Position numbers and translations under genes: made by a program | Shown: one piece after another, positions 42,790 to 52,163 of the stretch | Numbering within the stretch: position 1 is the first letter of the stretch | Layout of the letters: every line of letters begins with the position of its first letter | The notes under the pieces: generated by a model | The model's input: the letters and a program-made list of their open reading frames with translations, nothing else | Database searches by the model: none | Told to the model about the DNA's origin: nothing | IMG/VR virus record: IMGVR_UViG_3300043184_000094 | Span: 1 to 56,259 of that record | Direction: 5' to 3' (one strand) | DNA length: 56,259 nt | Source: a virus

Positions 42790-44590
42790 GCCGCCGCCGA
42801 CCGACGCCCTGGCCGCCCTCCTCGGGCGGCTCGCGGGGCCGGCCGCACGCCCGCTCCCGGGGCCGGCCGGCCCCCGGCCGTCGCCGGCCCGCCCCGCGCC
42901 GCCGGCGGACCCGGTTCCGGCCGTGCCCGCCGCCCGCTCGGCCGTCACCGACGCCTCCGACCTCGCCGCCCCGACCGAGGCCGACTTGGTTCAGCGCCGG
43001 TGGGCGGCCGAGGCGATGGCCGCCGCCCGGGAGCTGGCCCGCCGGGACAGCGAGGCGCTGACGCTGTACGAGCCGCTGCCCGAGCAGGCGAAGTTCCACG
43101 CCAGCCGGACCCGCCAGCGGGCGATCCGCGGCTCGAACAGGGCCGGGAAAACCCTGGCGGCGGCCGTCGAGGTCGCGCGGGCGCTGGCCGGCAAAGACCC
43201 CCACGGGAAGTTCCCGGACCGGGACGGCCGGGCCTACGCGGTCGGCCTCGACCTGATGCACGTCGGCCAGGTGTTCTACCGGAAGCTGTTCCGGGCCGGC
43301 GCGTTCTGGATGATCAGGGACGCCGCCACCAACCGGTGGCGGGCGTACCGCCCGTGGGACGCCGCCGACGCCGCCCGCCGCCGGGAGCGCCGCCCGGCCC
43401 CGCCGCTCGTCCCGGCCCGGCTGATCGACGGCAAGATCGCGTGGGAGGACAAGGGCAAGGGCATCCCCCGGCTGATCCGGCTGAAGACGGGGTGGGAGAT
43501 CACCTTCTTCTCCTCGCAGGCCAAGCCGCCGCAGGGGATGGACCTCGACCTCGTGTGGTTCGACGAGGAGATCGAGGACTCGGAGTGGTATCCCGAGATG
43601 GCCGCCCGGCTCATCGACCGCGGCGGCCTGTTCGTGTGGAGCGCCACCCCGCAGGCCGGCAACGAGCAGCTGCTGGCCCTGAGCGAGCGGTCCGCCCGGG
43701 ACCGGCTGGAGGAGGTGCCGACGGTGGAGGAGTTCGTCGTCCTGATGGACGAGAACCCGCACATCCCGGCCGAGGACAAGCGGGCGTTCGCGTCGCTCCT
43801 GGACGACGACCAGTTGGAGGTCCGGGTCGGCGGCGAGTTCGCGGCGAAGAAGTGGCGGGTGTACCCGGAGTTCGTGCCGAGCGTCCACGTCCGCCCGGTC
43901 CCGGACGTGCCGGCCGCCTGGACCCGGTACATGAGCGTGGACCCGGGCCGGCAGGTGTGCGGGGTGCTGTTTTTGGCCGTCCCGCCGCCGGGCACCGAGC
44001 CGTTCGATTACGTCGCCTACGACGAGCTGTACCTGAAGGGGTGCTCGGCCGCGATGTTCGCCTCGCGGGTCGCCCAGAAGGCCCGCGGGCAGGAGTTCGA
44101 GGCGTTCGTCATCGACGGGCGGATGGGCCGGCAGACGGAGCTCGGCTCCGGGCTGACGGTGAAGAGCCAGTACAGCAAGGCGCTCCAGGCGGCCGGCGTC
44201 CGCAGCCGCACGACCGGCTCCGGGTTCGCCGACGGGCTGGACGACGTGAAGGCCGGCATCGAGCTCTGCCGCGACTGGCTCCGGGCCAAGGGCGGCGACG
44301 GGTGCCCGCGGCTGGTCGTCCGGGCCGGCACCTGCCCGGCGTTCCAGGACGAGATCAAGCGGTACCGGTACAAGCGGGCCGGGAAAATCGTGACCGACGA
44401 GCCGGAGTCGCGGGGGGCGGTCCACCAGATGGCGAACTTCCGCTACCTTGCCGGGTTCAACCCGAAGTACCGCCGGCCGCAGGCGGTCGCCCGCGGGTCG
44501 TCCGCGTACCAAGCGTTCGCCGCCAAGCGGGCCAAGCGGCGGGCCGAGTCCGGCCACGTCACCCTCGGCCCCGCCAGGAGTCAGACATGA
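42779..44590 (+). CDS. terL: Terminase large subunit
   Basis: Walker A-like RGSNRAGKT, Walker B LDLVWFDEE, C-terminal nuclease-type acidic motifs (MSVDPG). 603 aa. Confidence 0.9.
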   Translation: MPGEPPPTDALAALLGRLAGPAARPLPGPAGPRPSPARPAPPADPVPAVPAARSAVTDASDLAAPTEADLVQRRWAAEAMAAARELARRDSEALTLYEPLPEQAKFHASRTRQRAIRGSNRAGKTLAAAVEVARALAGKDPHGKFPDRDGRAYAVGLDLMHVGQVFYRKLFRAGAFWMIRDAATNRWRAYRPWDAADAARRRERRPAPPLVPARLIDGKIAWEDKGKGIPRLIRLKTGWEITFFSSQAKPPQGMDLDLVWFDEEIEDSEWYPEMAARLIDRGGLFVWSATPQAGNEQLLALSERSARDRLEEVPTVEEFVVLMDENPHIPAEDKRAFASLLDDDQLEVRVGGEFAAKKWRVYPEFVPSVHVRPVPDVPAAWTRYMSVDPGRQVCGVLFLAVPPPGTEPFDYVAYDELYLKGCSAAMFASRVAQKARGQEFEAFVIDGRMGRQTELGSGLTVKSQYSKALQAAGVRSRTTGSGFADGLDDVKAGIELCRDWLRAKGGDGCPRLVVRAGTCPAFQDEIKRYRYKRAGKIVTDEPESRGAVHQMANFRYLAGFNPKYRRPQAVARGSSAYQAFAAKRAKRRAESGHVTLGPARSQT

Positions 44591-45033
44591 CCGGGACCGA
44601 GGCCGCCGCCCCCGACGTGCCGTCGGGCATCTCCCTCGCCGAGCTGGCCCGGACGGCGTGCAACGCCTACAGCCGGTCGGCCGGGATGGAGGCGTTGACC
44701 GACGACGAGTGGGAGGAGGCGGCTCCCCAGTGGCTCCCGGTCGCCGCGTGGGCGGTCGGCGTCTACGACGCCAGCCGCGACGCGGACGGCGACCTGGAGT
44801 TCGCCCGGCTAGCGGACGCGGCCTACCGGACGTACCGGCGGGCCGTGACCGGCGAGGGCGACGTGCCGCCGATCGCGGCGCACGGCCGGCGGCTGGGGCT
44901 GGAGTGGGAGGCGGTCGTCCGCCACACGTTCGGGGCCATGCTGTGCGACCCCGACGACCTCGGTAACAGCGACGGCCGCGAGGCGTCGTGGGCGGACTGG
45001 GTCCGCTCCCGGCTCGCGGCGGGAGGGTTGTGA
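44587..45033 (+). CDS. Hypothetical protein, 148 aa
   Basis: ATGA overlap with the terL stop. Protein-like tail of track ORF 43000..45033. Confidence 0.65.
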   Translation: MTGTEAAAPDVPSGISLAELARTACNAYSRSAGMEALTDDEWEEAAPQWLPVAAWAVGVYDASRDADGDLEFARLADAAYRTYRRAVTGEGDVPPIAAHGRRLGLEWEAVVRHTFGAMLCDPDDLGNSDGREASWADWVRSRLAAGGL

Positions 45034-45305
45034 TGCCGCCCGAGATGCCCCCCGTGGGCGCGACGGTCCAGTGGTTCGAGGGCGCGACCAGGGGCTCCCA
45101 GCCGGCGGCGGCGGTCGTCACCGGGCACGGCATGGGGTCCGCGCTGTGCCTGGCGGTGCTGCCGCCCAACAGCCACACGTTCCAGGTCCGGGACGGCGTG
45201 AAGCACATCGACAGCCCGGACATCCGCGACGACGAGCGGCACGACGCCGGCGCGTGGGATTGCCTCCCCGGCCGCCAGCCGGCCGCCCCGCAACCGAGGA
45301 AGTGA
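45033..45305 (+). CDS. Hypothetical protein, 90 aa
   Basis: TGATG junction. GGGAGGG upstream. Confidence 0.55.
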   Translation: MPPEMPPVGATVQWFEGATRGSQPAAAVVTGHGMGSALCLAVLPPNSHTFQVRDGVKHIDSPDIRDDERHDAGAWDCLPGRQPAAPQPRK

Positions 45306-47230
45306 TGGAAGGCGACTCCCCGCTGCGGCCCGTGTCCGGGCTGTGGCTGGAGAAAATCCGGGTGGCCTTGGACCACAAGGCCCGTCGCTTCTCCAAGGAC
45401 GCCGAGGAGGGGATGCGGTTCTTCGTCGGCGGCACCTACGACTGGCTGTACGCCGGCCGGGCCGGCGACCGCCACTTCCGCGCCGGCGACGACGTGGAGT
45501 CGCCGACGTTCCAGATGACGCTGAACAAGACGGCCGAGTTGGTGCAGTTGTTCGGCCCGGTCCTGTACCACCGCAACCCGGTCCGGACGGTGACGCCCCG
45601 CAAGCAGCCGGCCGTCCCGCCCGAGGCGTTCGCGGCGGCCGCCCAGCAGAGCCCGGAGGCGGTGGCGGCCTACCGGCAGCTCGTGGCGCAACTGGAGCAG
45701 TCCCGGGCGACCGACCGCGGCCGGGCCGCCGTCATGGCCGCCTACCTGAACCACACGCCGACCGCCCTGGACCTGAAGCGGGAGTGCCGGTGGGCGATCG
45801 ACGAGGCGCTGATAAAGGGCATGGGGTTACTTTGGACCGAAACCTACGACCCGCCGGGCGGCGGGTTCAGGATGGTGGGGAGCTTCTTCGACTCGGTGGA
45901 CCACCTCGTCATCGACCCGGACATGGAGTCGCTGGCCGACGCCAAGTGGGTCGCCCGCCGGTGCTGCCACCCGGCCTGGCAGGTGGAGCGGGACTACGGC
46001 CTGCCGCCGGGGTCGCTGAAGGCCAACGGGGAGAGCAGCGCCGCCGCCGCCACGGCCGCCGCGACCGGGGACGACTGGAACCGCCGGACCGGCCGGACGG
46101 CCGACCTGCTGACTTACTGGAAGGTCTACTCGAAGATGGGGGCCGGCGGCCGGCTGGCCGGCATCGACCGGCAGGCGGTCGCCGGCCTCGACGGGTTCGG
46201 CGACTACTGCATGGTCGCCGTCTGCGACTCGTGCCCGCACCCGCTCAACCTGCCGCCGCCGGTGACGGACGCCGGCCCGGAGGCGATCCGGCAGGCCCTC
46301 CAGTGGCCGACCCCGTTCTGGGCGGACGGCGGCTGGCCGTTCGCCCCGCTGGCGTTCCACTGGGTGCCGCGGGACGTGTGGCCGATGAGCCACCTAGCCC
46401 CGGCGATGGGCGAGCTGAAGTTCCTGAACTGGATGTACAGCTTCGTCGCCGGGAAGATTCGGACCACCTGCCGGGACTTCCTCGCCGTCCCGAAGGATCT
46501 CGACGAGGAGGTCAAGCGGGCCATCCTCGGCGGGAAGGATTTGACGCTGCTCGAACTGGAGCGGGAGCACGCCGACGCCTTCGCCCGGATCATCCAGGTG
46601 TTCCAGCACGCCCCGATGAACGGGGACGTGTGGCGGGTGGTGCAGGCGGTGGCCGACCAGTTCGACCGGCGGACCGGGCTGACCGAGCTGATGTACGGCC
46701 AGTCGGCCCGGCAGTTCCGCAGCGCGGCCGAGGCCACCCAGAAGTTCGACCAGCTCAACGTCCGGCCCGACGACATGGCGAACTCGGTCGAGGACGCCAT
46801 GACCCAGGCGGCCCGGAACGAGGCGCTGGCGGCCCGCTGGCACCTGGAGCCCGCCGACGTGGCCCCGGTGCTCGGGCCGCTCGGGGCGCAGTTCTGGGCG
46901 GACACGATCTACGTCGCCGACCCGGCCACCGTCCTGCACTCGCTGGAGTACCGGATCGAGGCCGGCAGCGCCCGCAAGCCGAACCGGGCCGCCGCCGCCG
47001 AGAACATGCAGGCGGCCATGCAGAACGTGTTCCAGCCGCTCCTCCAGGCGTGCGCCGCCGCCGGCACGATGGGGCCGGTGAACGCCTTCCTGCGGGAGTG
47101 GGGCCGGACGCTCGACCTGGACGTGGAGCAGGCGGGGATCGTCTTCCCGGACCTGCCGCCGCCGATGCCGCCCCAGGGGCCGCCGCCGGAAGGCGGGCCG
47201 CCGGGCCAGCCGCAACCGCAGGGGGCGTGA
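45305..47230 (+). CDS. Portal protein candidate, 641 aa
   Basis: Size, position just downstream of the terminase, and an acidic/Pro-rich C-terminal tail. GAGGAAG upstream. No motif-level confirmation possible here. Confidence 0.7.
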   Translation: MEGDSPLRPVSGLWLEKIRVALDHKARRFSKDAEEGMRFFVGGTYDWLYAGRAGDRHFRAGDDVESPTFQMTLNKTAELVQLFGPVLYHRNPVRTVTPRKQPAVPPEAFAAAAQQSPEAVAAYRQLVAQLEQSRATDRGRAAVMAAYLNHTPTALDLKRECRWAIDEALIKGMGLLWTETYDPPGGGFRMVGSFFDSVDHLVIDPDMESLADAKWVARRCCHPAWQVERDYGLPPGSLKANGESSAAAATAAATGDDWNRRTGRTADLLTYWKVYSKMGAGGRLAGIDRQAVAGLDGFGDYCMVAVCDSCPHPLNLPPPVTDAGPEAIRQALQWPTPFWADGGWPFAPLAFHWVPRDVWPMSHLAPAMGELKFLNWMYSFVAGKIRTTCRDFLAVPKDLDEEVKRAILGGKDLTLLELEREHADAFARIIQVFQHAPMNGDVWRVVQAVADQFDRRTGLTELMYGQSARQFRSAAEATQKFDQLNVRPDDMANSVEDAMTQAARNEALAARWHLEPADVAPVLGPLGAQFWADTIYVADPATVLHSLEYRIEAGSARKPNRAAAAENMQAAMQNVFQPLLQACAAAGTMGPVNAFLREWGRTLDLDVEQAGIVFPDLPPPMPPQGPPPEGGPPGQPQPQGA

Positions 47231-47231
47231 C

Positions 47232-47762
47232 GTGTCCTACTCGGTGTGCGTCAACGGCCGCCGGCTGGAGGACTTGTCGCCCCGCGAGCGGCGGGCGCTG
47301 GACCGCCGGGCGAGGTCGCGGCTCGCCGACATGATCCGCAGCGGCCGGCCGCCCCGCGCCGTCACCGACGACACGTTCCGCGCCGGCCTCGACGACTGCA
47401 ACGGCCGGCAGTTCGAGGGCGACCCGGAAACCGGCGACTTCTACCGGCAGGCCGCCGCCGCCGCCGGCGTGAGCACGCGGGGCAAGACCTACCTGCACGG
47501 GCTGGCGGCGTTCCCCGGCGACCCGCGGGCGTGGGTGGACTCCCGGGGCGACGTGGCCCGCGTCTGCGAGGAGCGGAACTACCACTGCGACGGCGCGGTG
47601 ACGCACAAGGCCCGGGAGGTCGAGCCGGTCGAGGTCGGGCTGGCGGCCGACATCGTGGAGCGGGAGGCGGCCGAGATCGTCGCCGCCGACCCCGGGGTCC
47701 GGCCGGACGACGCCCGCGAGCAGGTCCGCGCCAAGCGGACGCCCCACTGGGCCAAGAAATGA
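47232..47762 (+). CDS. Hypothetical virion-block protein, 176 aa
   Basis: Track ORF. Confidence 0.65.
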   Translation: MSYSVCVNGRRLEDLSPRERRALDRRARSRLADMIRSGRPPRAVTDDTFRAGLDDCNGRQFEGDPETGDFYRQAAAAAGVSTRGKTYLHGLAAFPGDPRAWVDSRGDVARVCEERNYHCDGAVTHKAREVEPVEVGLAADIVEREAAEIVAADPGVRPDDAREQVRAKRTPHWAKK

Positions 47763-48034
47763 AGAAGGCCGAGCGGGTCCGCCGGGCGGTCGTGGTCGGC
47801 GTCGGCGGCGTCCGGGTGATCCTGACCGTGCCGGCCGCCCAGCGGCTCCGCGACGCACTGGCCGCCTGCATCGAGGAGCAGATCGACGAGCACTCGCCGC
47901 CGCGCGGCGTCGCGCTGGTGGCGACGACCCGGGAGGACGGCGGCGACGGGGTGGGGTTCCAGTTCGACGACGCGGCGATGACGGCGGAGGCCCTGGTGGA
48001 GTGGATCGACCAGCAGGAGGGCGGCGGGACGTGA
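47759..48034 (+). CDS. Hypothetical protein, 91 aa
   Basis: ATGA overlap. Protein-like tail of track ORF 47246..48034. Confidence 0.55.
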   Translation: MKKAERVRRAVVVGVGGVRVILTVPAAQRLRDALAACIEEQIDEHSPPRGVALVATTREDGGDGVGFQFDDAAMTAEALVEWIDQQEGGGT

Positions 48035-49176
48035 CGACGTACTCGGACCTGATCGACCACGCCCTGTCCTACCTCGGCGGCGACCCGGGGCGGGCCAACG
48101 CCGACCGCGCCCGGCGGGCGGTCCTGGCCGCCTACGCCGAGTACCCGACCCGGGCCAACTGGTCGTTCCTCCGCACGGTCGCCCGCGTCGTCACCGTCGC
48201 CGCCTACTCCACCGGCACCGTGGAGTACGACCACGCCGGCGGGTCCAGCGAGCGGCTGGTGACGCTGACCGGCGGCACGTTCCCGGCGTGGGCGGCGGAC
48301 GGCACGATCGCCATCAACGACATCCCGTACTCCGTCGCCTCCCGCGTCTCCGGCACGGCCCTGACGCTGGAGTCGGCCGAGAACCCGGGCGAGGACGTGG
48401 CCGCCGGGGCGACCTACTCGCTGTTCCGGGACACCTACCCGCTGCCGGCCGGCGTCACGCGGGTCGACAAGGTGATCCGGTCCACCGTCGGGGCCGAGAT
48501 CGTGTACGGCCACCCGGCCGATTGGGTCGAGTACCGCCGCCGCAACGCCGGGCCGGGGTCGCCGCTGTTCGTGGCGGTCGTCGGCCGGCCGGCCCCCGGC
48601 GGCGCGCCGCTGCTGGCCGTGTGGCCGCCGCCGGACGGGGTGTACGTCATCGACGCCCTGGCGAAGCGGACGCCGCGGGCGCTGCGGATCGACCGCCGGG
48701 AGGACGGGACCGCGACGACATCCGGGACGGCCGTCGCCGGCACCGGGACGGCGTTCTCGGCCGACATGGTGGGGTCGGTGATCCGGTTCGCCGCGGACCC
48801 GGCCCAGCCGGTGACGGGTCCGGGCGGCGACAACCAGTACGCCGGCGAGGCGACGGTCGCGGCCGTGGCCTCCGCGACCGCCCTGACCATCGACGCCGCC
48901 CTGGCCGCCGAGGTGGTCGGCGGCCGGTACGTCGTCAGCGACCCGGCGGACATCGACGACGCGGTGGCCGGCCGCTACCTGCTCCGCGAGGTCGAGCGGC
49001 AGTGCCGGCTGGCCGCCCGGGTCGAGGTCACGCGGGTCGAGGAGGCGGCCTACAGGGACGCGCTGGCCGACGCCCGCGCCGCCGACAGCCGCTACCAGGG
49101 CGAGCGGCAGGCCGGGGGCGGCCTGATCGCGCCGCGGCGGCTGGCGGACTTCCCGGTCGGGACCGAGTTCCAGTGA
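48031..49176 (+). CDS. Virion protein (adaptor/tail-sized), 381 aa
   Basis: GTG start in a GTGA overlap. Protein-like. Confidence 0.7.
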   Translation: MTTYSDLIDHALSYLGGDPGRANADRARRAVLAAYAEYPTRANWSFLRTVARVVTVAAYSTGTVEYDHAGGSSERLVTLTGGTFPAWAADGTIAINDIPYSVASRVSGTALTLESAENPGEDVAAGATYSLFRDTYPLPAGVTRVDKVIRSTVGAEIVYGHPADWVEYRRRNAGPGSPLFVAVVGRPAPGGAPLLAVWPPPDGVYVIDALAKRTPRALRIDRREDGTATTSGTAVAGTGTAFSADMVGSVIRFAADPAQPVTGPGGDNQYAGEATVAAVASATALTIDAALAAEVVGGRYVVSDPADIDDAVAGRYLLREVERQCRLAARVEVTRVEEAAYRDALADARAADSRYQGERQAGGGLIAPRRLADFPVGTEFQ

Positions 49177-49183
49177 GGGCGCG

Positions 49184-49375
49184 ATGGCCGAGCCGATCTC
49201 GCGGGCGTTCGCGGCGGTGAAGGACTACGCCGGCTTGGTGCTCAACGCCGGCCCGGCGGCGGCCGACCCGTCCGCCGGGGAGTCGCGGGAGCTGGTCAAC
49301 CTGACGCCGCTGCGGCCCGGGGAGCTGGCCGCCCGCGGCGGCTACCGGCCGGTGGCGTTCGACGACGAGGGGTGA
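49184..49375 (+). CDS. Hypothetical protein, 63 aa
   Basis: Track ORF. Confidence 0.45.
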   Translation: MAEPISRAFAAVKDYAGLVLNAGPAAADPSAGESRELVNLTPLRPGELAARGGYRPVAFDDEG

Positions 49376-49378
49376 GCG

Positions 49379-49888
49379 ATGTTCTGCGGGTACGCGGCCG
49401 AGGGGGAGGACATCCCCCTGCTGTTCACGACCGACGAGGCCGGGGTGCCGACCGCCCCGGACGCCGCGCCGACGTTCCGGGTGTTCGGCCGGGACGGCGC
49501 GGTCGCGTCCGGCACCGGCACCGCAACGCCGGCCGAGACGGGGGCGATCACCGGGGCGACCAACGCCAGCCCCATCGAGGTCACGTCGGCGGCCCACGGC
49601 CTGCCGACCGGGGCGCGGGTCGTCGTCTCCGGGGTCGGCGGGAACACGGCGGCCAACGGGACGTTCTTCGTCACCGCGACGGGGGCGAACACGTTCACCC
49701 TGACCGGCTCGGCGGGCGACGGCGCGTACACGTCCGGCGGGTCGTGGCGGACGCTGGGCCTGTGGCGGGCGACCCTGACCGGGGCCGTCCTGTCCGCCAT
49801 GGAGGCGGGGCGGGCGTACCAAGTGCTCGTGGCGTGGGCCGTCTCGGCGGCGGCCCGGGTCAGAATCCTGAGCTTCAACGTGCAATGA
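49379..49888 (+). CDS. Hypothetical virion protein, 169 aa
   Basis: Track ORF. Gly/Thr/Ala-rich beta-type composition. Confidence 0.65.
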   Translation: MFCGYAAEGEDIPLLFTTDEAGVPTAPDAAPTFRVFGRDGAVASGTGTATPAETGAITGATNASPIEVTSAAHGLPTGARVVVSGVGGNTAANGTFFVTATGANTFTLTGSAGDGAYTSGGSWRTLGLWRATLTGAVLSAMEAGRAYQVLVAWAVSAAARVRILSFNVQ

Positions 49889-50346
49889 CCGAACTCGGCT
49901 ACCTCGGGCGATACCGGCAGGGCCAGGAGGTCCCGGTCCTGGTCCGCACCGTGAACGGCGTGGTGCCGGCGTGGCCGACCGTCGAGGCGTTCTCGCTCGA
50001 CGACGCGGACCTGGAGAACGGCCCGGTGCTGACGCTCAGCACGCCCGCCGGCGTCGCCGTGCTGTCGGCCAAGATGGCGGCGGTCCCGGCCGAGGGCGTC
50101 GGGACGTTCCGGCTGTCGCCGTTCCTCGGCTTCGGGTTCGAGGCGGCCGGCCGGTACGGGGCGGTCGTGCGGTACGTCGCCAGCGGCGGCGCGCACCGCC
50201 TGCTCGCCGGGTCGTTCGAGGTCGTCGCCGGCGGGGACCGGAAGGGGGCCGTGGTCGCCGCCTGCGCCGTCCGCCGGCCCGGGGTGAACTACGTCGCGTA
50301 CCAGTCGGACGGGGGCTACCTCGCCCGCGGAAAGAACCCGAGGTGA
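49885..50346 (+). CDS. Hypothetical virion protein, 153 aa
   Basis: ATGA overlap. Protein-like tail of track ORF 49372..50346. Confidence 0.65.
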   Translation: MTELGYLGRYRQGQEVPVLVRTVNGVVPAWPTVEAFSLDDADLENGPVLTLSTPAGVAVLSAKMAAVPAEGVGTFRLSPFLGFGFEAAGRYGAVVRYVASGGAHRLLAGSFEVVAGGDRKGAVVAACAVRRPGVNYVAYQSDGGYLARGKNPR

Positions 50347-50350
50347 CGTT

Positions 50351-50875
50351 GTGACTCGGCCCGTGACGCCGGCCGTCCGCCAGATCGGCTGGTTCGACAT
50401 CCGCCTGCTGGGGCCGGACGGCCGGCCCGCCTGGCGGTCCCCGCGGCGGCTGCTCAACGCGGTGACCTACCAGGGGCTGAACAAGTGCCAGGACGTGATG
50501 TTCAAGGGCGTCACGCCGATCACCGCGTGGTACCTGCTGCCGATCAGCGCGGCCTCGTTCACCGCCCTGTCGGCCAACGACACGCACGCCTCGCACGCCG
50601 GCTGGGTCGAGTACACCGGGTACTCGGGCAACCGCCCCGCCTGGGTGCCCGGGACCGCGACCAACGGCGTGCTGGCCGCCAGCACGCCCAGCACCCTGAC
50701 GTTCACCGCCAGCGGGTCGCTCAAGGGGCTGGCGCTGGCGTCCGTCAACACCAACGGCTCCACGTCCTCCGGCGGCACCCTCTGGGCCACCGCCGAGGCC
50801 GGCCTGGCGGTGGCCGTGGCGAGCGGGCAGACGCTGGAAATCTTCTACACCAACGCGTTCACCATCGGAAGCTGA
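50351..50875 (+). CDS. Hypothetical virion protein, 174 aa
   Basis: Track ORF (GTG start). Confidence 0.65.
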   Translation: MTRPVTPAVRQIGWFDIRLLGPDGRPAWRSPRRLLNAVTYQGLNKCQDVMFKGVTPITAWYLLPISAASFTALSANDTHASHAGWVEYTGYSGNRPAWVPGTATNGVLAASTPSTLTFTASGSLKGLALASVNTNGSTSSGGTLWATAEAGLAVAVASGQTLEIFYTNAFTIGS

Positions 50876-50885
50876 GGGCCAAGCC

Positions 50886-51893
50886 GTGGCGCTACTCCAC
50901 CACGAGGGCTTCGACGGGCTGACCGCGTTCGGGAGCGGCATCAACCTCAACGAAGCCGGCTGGGTGGTCGGCGGCTCGGTCGCAACCACGCCCGGTCGCA
51001 GCGGCGGGCTCGGCCAGGGGATCGACACGTCGAGCGACCAGCCCACGCTGGCGATCTCGACCAACACCAACACGCTGACCGTGGCGGCGGCGTTCAAGCA
51101 GGACGAGCTCGGCGACCGGCTGCTGCTCGGGTTCGGCCTCGGCGGCAACCCGCAGTGCCAGCTCTGGTGCCTCGCCGACGGCAAGCTCCGGCTGTACCGC
51201 GGCGACTCGGCCGGCACCGTCCTGGGGACGACCGCCGCCCCGGCCTACGTCGCCGGCAACTGGTTCCACGTCCAGCTCCGGGTGCTGGTCGCCGACAGCG
51301 GCACCTACGACGTGCGGGTGGCGGACGTGAGCGTGCTCAGCGGCTCGGCCGACACGCAGGCCGAGGCGTCGCCCGGGGCGGACCTGATCTACCTCGGCCA
51401 AGCCGACGCGGTGGACGACTTCTACCTGCTCGACAGCAGCGGGGCGATCAACACGACGTTCCTCGGGGACGTGAAGTCGGTCGCCGTCTGGCCCAACGCC
51501 GACACCGCCCAGATCGACTTCACCCGCTCGGCCGGCTCCACCAGTTACACGCTGGTGGACGACAACGCGGCCCTGGCCGGGTTTGACGAGGACGCGACCT
51601 ACGTCCAGTCCAACACGAGCGGGCACATCGACCGGTACGGGTTCCCGGACGTGGGGACCGGGATCACCGTGCTCGGGGTGACGGCCGTCCTGCGGGCGCG
51701 GAAGACGGACGCCAGCGCCATCGACCTGAAGAACAACATGCGGCTGTCCGGCTCGAACTACTCGTCGGCCGGGCAGGCCCTCGGCGACGACTACACCTGC
51801 CACCGCTACCTGTACAACGCCTCGCCGGCCACGTCGGCGGCCTGGACGCTGGCCGAGGCCAACGCCATCGAGGACGGCCCGGAGGTGGACTGA
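50886..51893 (+). CDS. Virion protein with jelly-roll/LamG-like signature (GNWFHVQLRV), 335 aa
   Basis: Track ORF. Confidence 0.7.
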   Translation: MALLHHEGFDGLTAFGSGINLNEAGWVVGGSVATTPGRSGGLGQGIDTSSDQPTLAISTNTNTLTVAAAFKQDELGDRLLLGFGLGGNPQCQLWCLADGKLRLYRGDSAGTVLGTTAAPAYVAGNWFHVQLRVLVADSGTYDVRVADVSVLSGSADTQAEASPGADLIYLGQADAVDDFYLLDSSGAINTTFLGDVKSVAVWPNADTAQIDFTRSAGSTSYTLVDDNAALAGFDEDATYVQSNTSGHIDRYGFPDVGTGITVLGVTAVLRARKTDASAIDLKNNMRLSGSNYSSAGQALGDDYTCHRYLYNASPATSAAWTLAEANAIEDGPEVD

Positions 51894-52159
51894 TGGCCGC
51901 CCGCGTCACCGCCGGCTACCTTGAATGCCTCGTCACCGGCACCCCCAGCGCCCGCGTCACCGCCGGCTACCTGGAGGTGCTGTACGCGACCATCGCGCCC
52001 GGCACGATCGTCCGGATTTCCGGCGAGACGACGACGGCCGTAGACGCCGGCGGCGGCGTCCTGAACGCCCCACTGTACCTGGCGAACTCCACCCCGGTCG
52101 TCACGTCCGGGCCGCTCGGCGAGGCCGGCGTCCTGGCGACCGGCCGCTACCGCAGGTGA
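51893..52159 (+). CDS. Hypothetical protein, 88 aa, with duplicated ARVTAGYLE segment
   Basis: Track ORF. TGATG junction. Confidence 0.55.
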   Translation: MAARVTAGYLECLVTGTPSARVTAGYLEVLYATIAPGTIVRISGETTTAVDAGGGVLNAPLYLANSTPVVTSGPLGEAGVLATGRYRR

Positions 52160-52163
52160 CCCC

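Noticed and set aside
42404-45754. Minus-strand ORF of 1116 aa antisense to the terminase/portal region. Similar giant antisense or off-frame ORFs include 880..2496, 2920..4584, 6616..8493, 32547..34043, 33746..35317, 37730..39514 and 52101..53834.
   Set aside because: They have extreme Arg/Gly/Pro composition and no motifs, and they lie opposite or out of frame to clearly protein-like genes. These are the expected shadow ORFs of very GC-rich DNA.
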